Below, piece after piece: positions 63,759 through 64,000 of a stretch of 64,000 nt of DNA. The notes beneath the pieces are model-generated. The model saw only the letters and a program-made list of their open reading frames with translations. It searched no databases and had not been told where the DNA came from. Numbering within the stretch: the stretch's first letter is position 1; every line of letters begins with the position of its first letter. A program made the position numbers and the translations under genes. This DNA is from Escherichia phage vB_EcoS_MM-1, in sequence record PV577657, one strand, 5' to 3'.

Positions 63759-64000
63759 AGATTTTTGTGACTTCGATTGGAGGGTGTGTGATTGTGTGAG
63801 TTTGGGGAGAAGTTGAGAGAGCGAGAAAAATTTGAGGGAACTGCGGGAGGGGCGCATGTTTGGTGCGGAGCACCTGATTTGCGGGGATTTTGGGGAAGAG
63901 TTGAGAAGATTTGGGTTAATTTGAGATTAGTGCAGAAAAAGTAAAATTTTATTAGCTAAATGGAGCAAAATAGCTTGACAAGTGAAAATTCTTGTGGCTC

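Noticed and set aside
1-64000. Prophage or lysogeny module (integrase, repressor, att sites)
   Set aside because: No tyrosine/serine recombinase motifs or CI-like repressor were recognised; gene content is that of a virulent T5-like phage, so the LexA boxes are reported as an anomaly rather than evidence of lysogeny.

Overview
This window reads as a T5-like virulent siphophage (Demerecviridae/Tequintavirus-like) genome segment; all calls are from reading the sequence and ORF track by eye, with no database search run. Supporting evidence: an 855-aa family-A DNA polymerase, a near-copy of the classic T5 PN25 promoter, and late proteins whose sizes match T5 pb8 (458 aa), pb6 (464), pb3 (949), pb2 (1226), pb11 (210) and A1 (554). 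Layout: (i) 1-26.7 kb, plus-strand early genes: Sir2-like protein, HAD-like hydrolase, a duplicated gene pair, four freestanding HNH endonucleases across the window, a primase-helicase-like giant protein, split NAD-dependent DNA ligase, DnaB/gp4-like helicase, DnaG-like primase, DNA polymerase, SF2 helicase, SSB-like protein, SbcCD-like nuclease, Hjc-like nuclease, flap endonuclease, dUTPase; (ii) 26.8-52.2 kb, minus-strand late module from receptor-binding protein and terminase through capsid, tail tube, tape measure and baseplate to the L-shaped tail fibre; (iii) 52.3-53.6 kb, plus-strand llp-like lipoprotein and a coupled cluster of small membrane proteins; (iv) 53.7-58.5 kb, minus-strand pre-early-like block (Dmp-like HAD nucleotidase, A1-like metallophosphatase, A2-like); (v) 58.5-64 kb, a regulatory and repeat-rich region with small plus-strand ORFs, DnaA-box-like and LexA-box-like sites and several repeat families, consistent with a terminal-repeat / injection-stop-like region. 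No integrase, tRNA or CRISPR array was recognised. The most promising candidates for something undescribed are the small-membrane-protein cluster beside llp, the Sir2/HAD/duplicated-gene accessory block, the long structured leader at 3.4-3.9 kb, and the SOS-box/repeat architecture at 59-64 kb.
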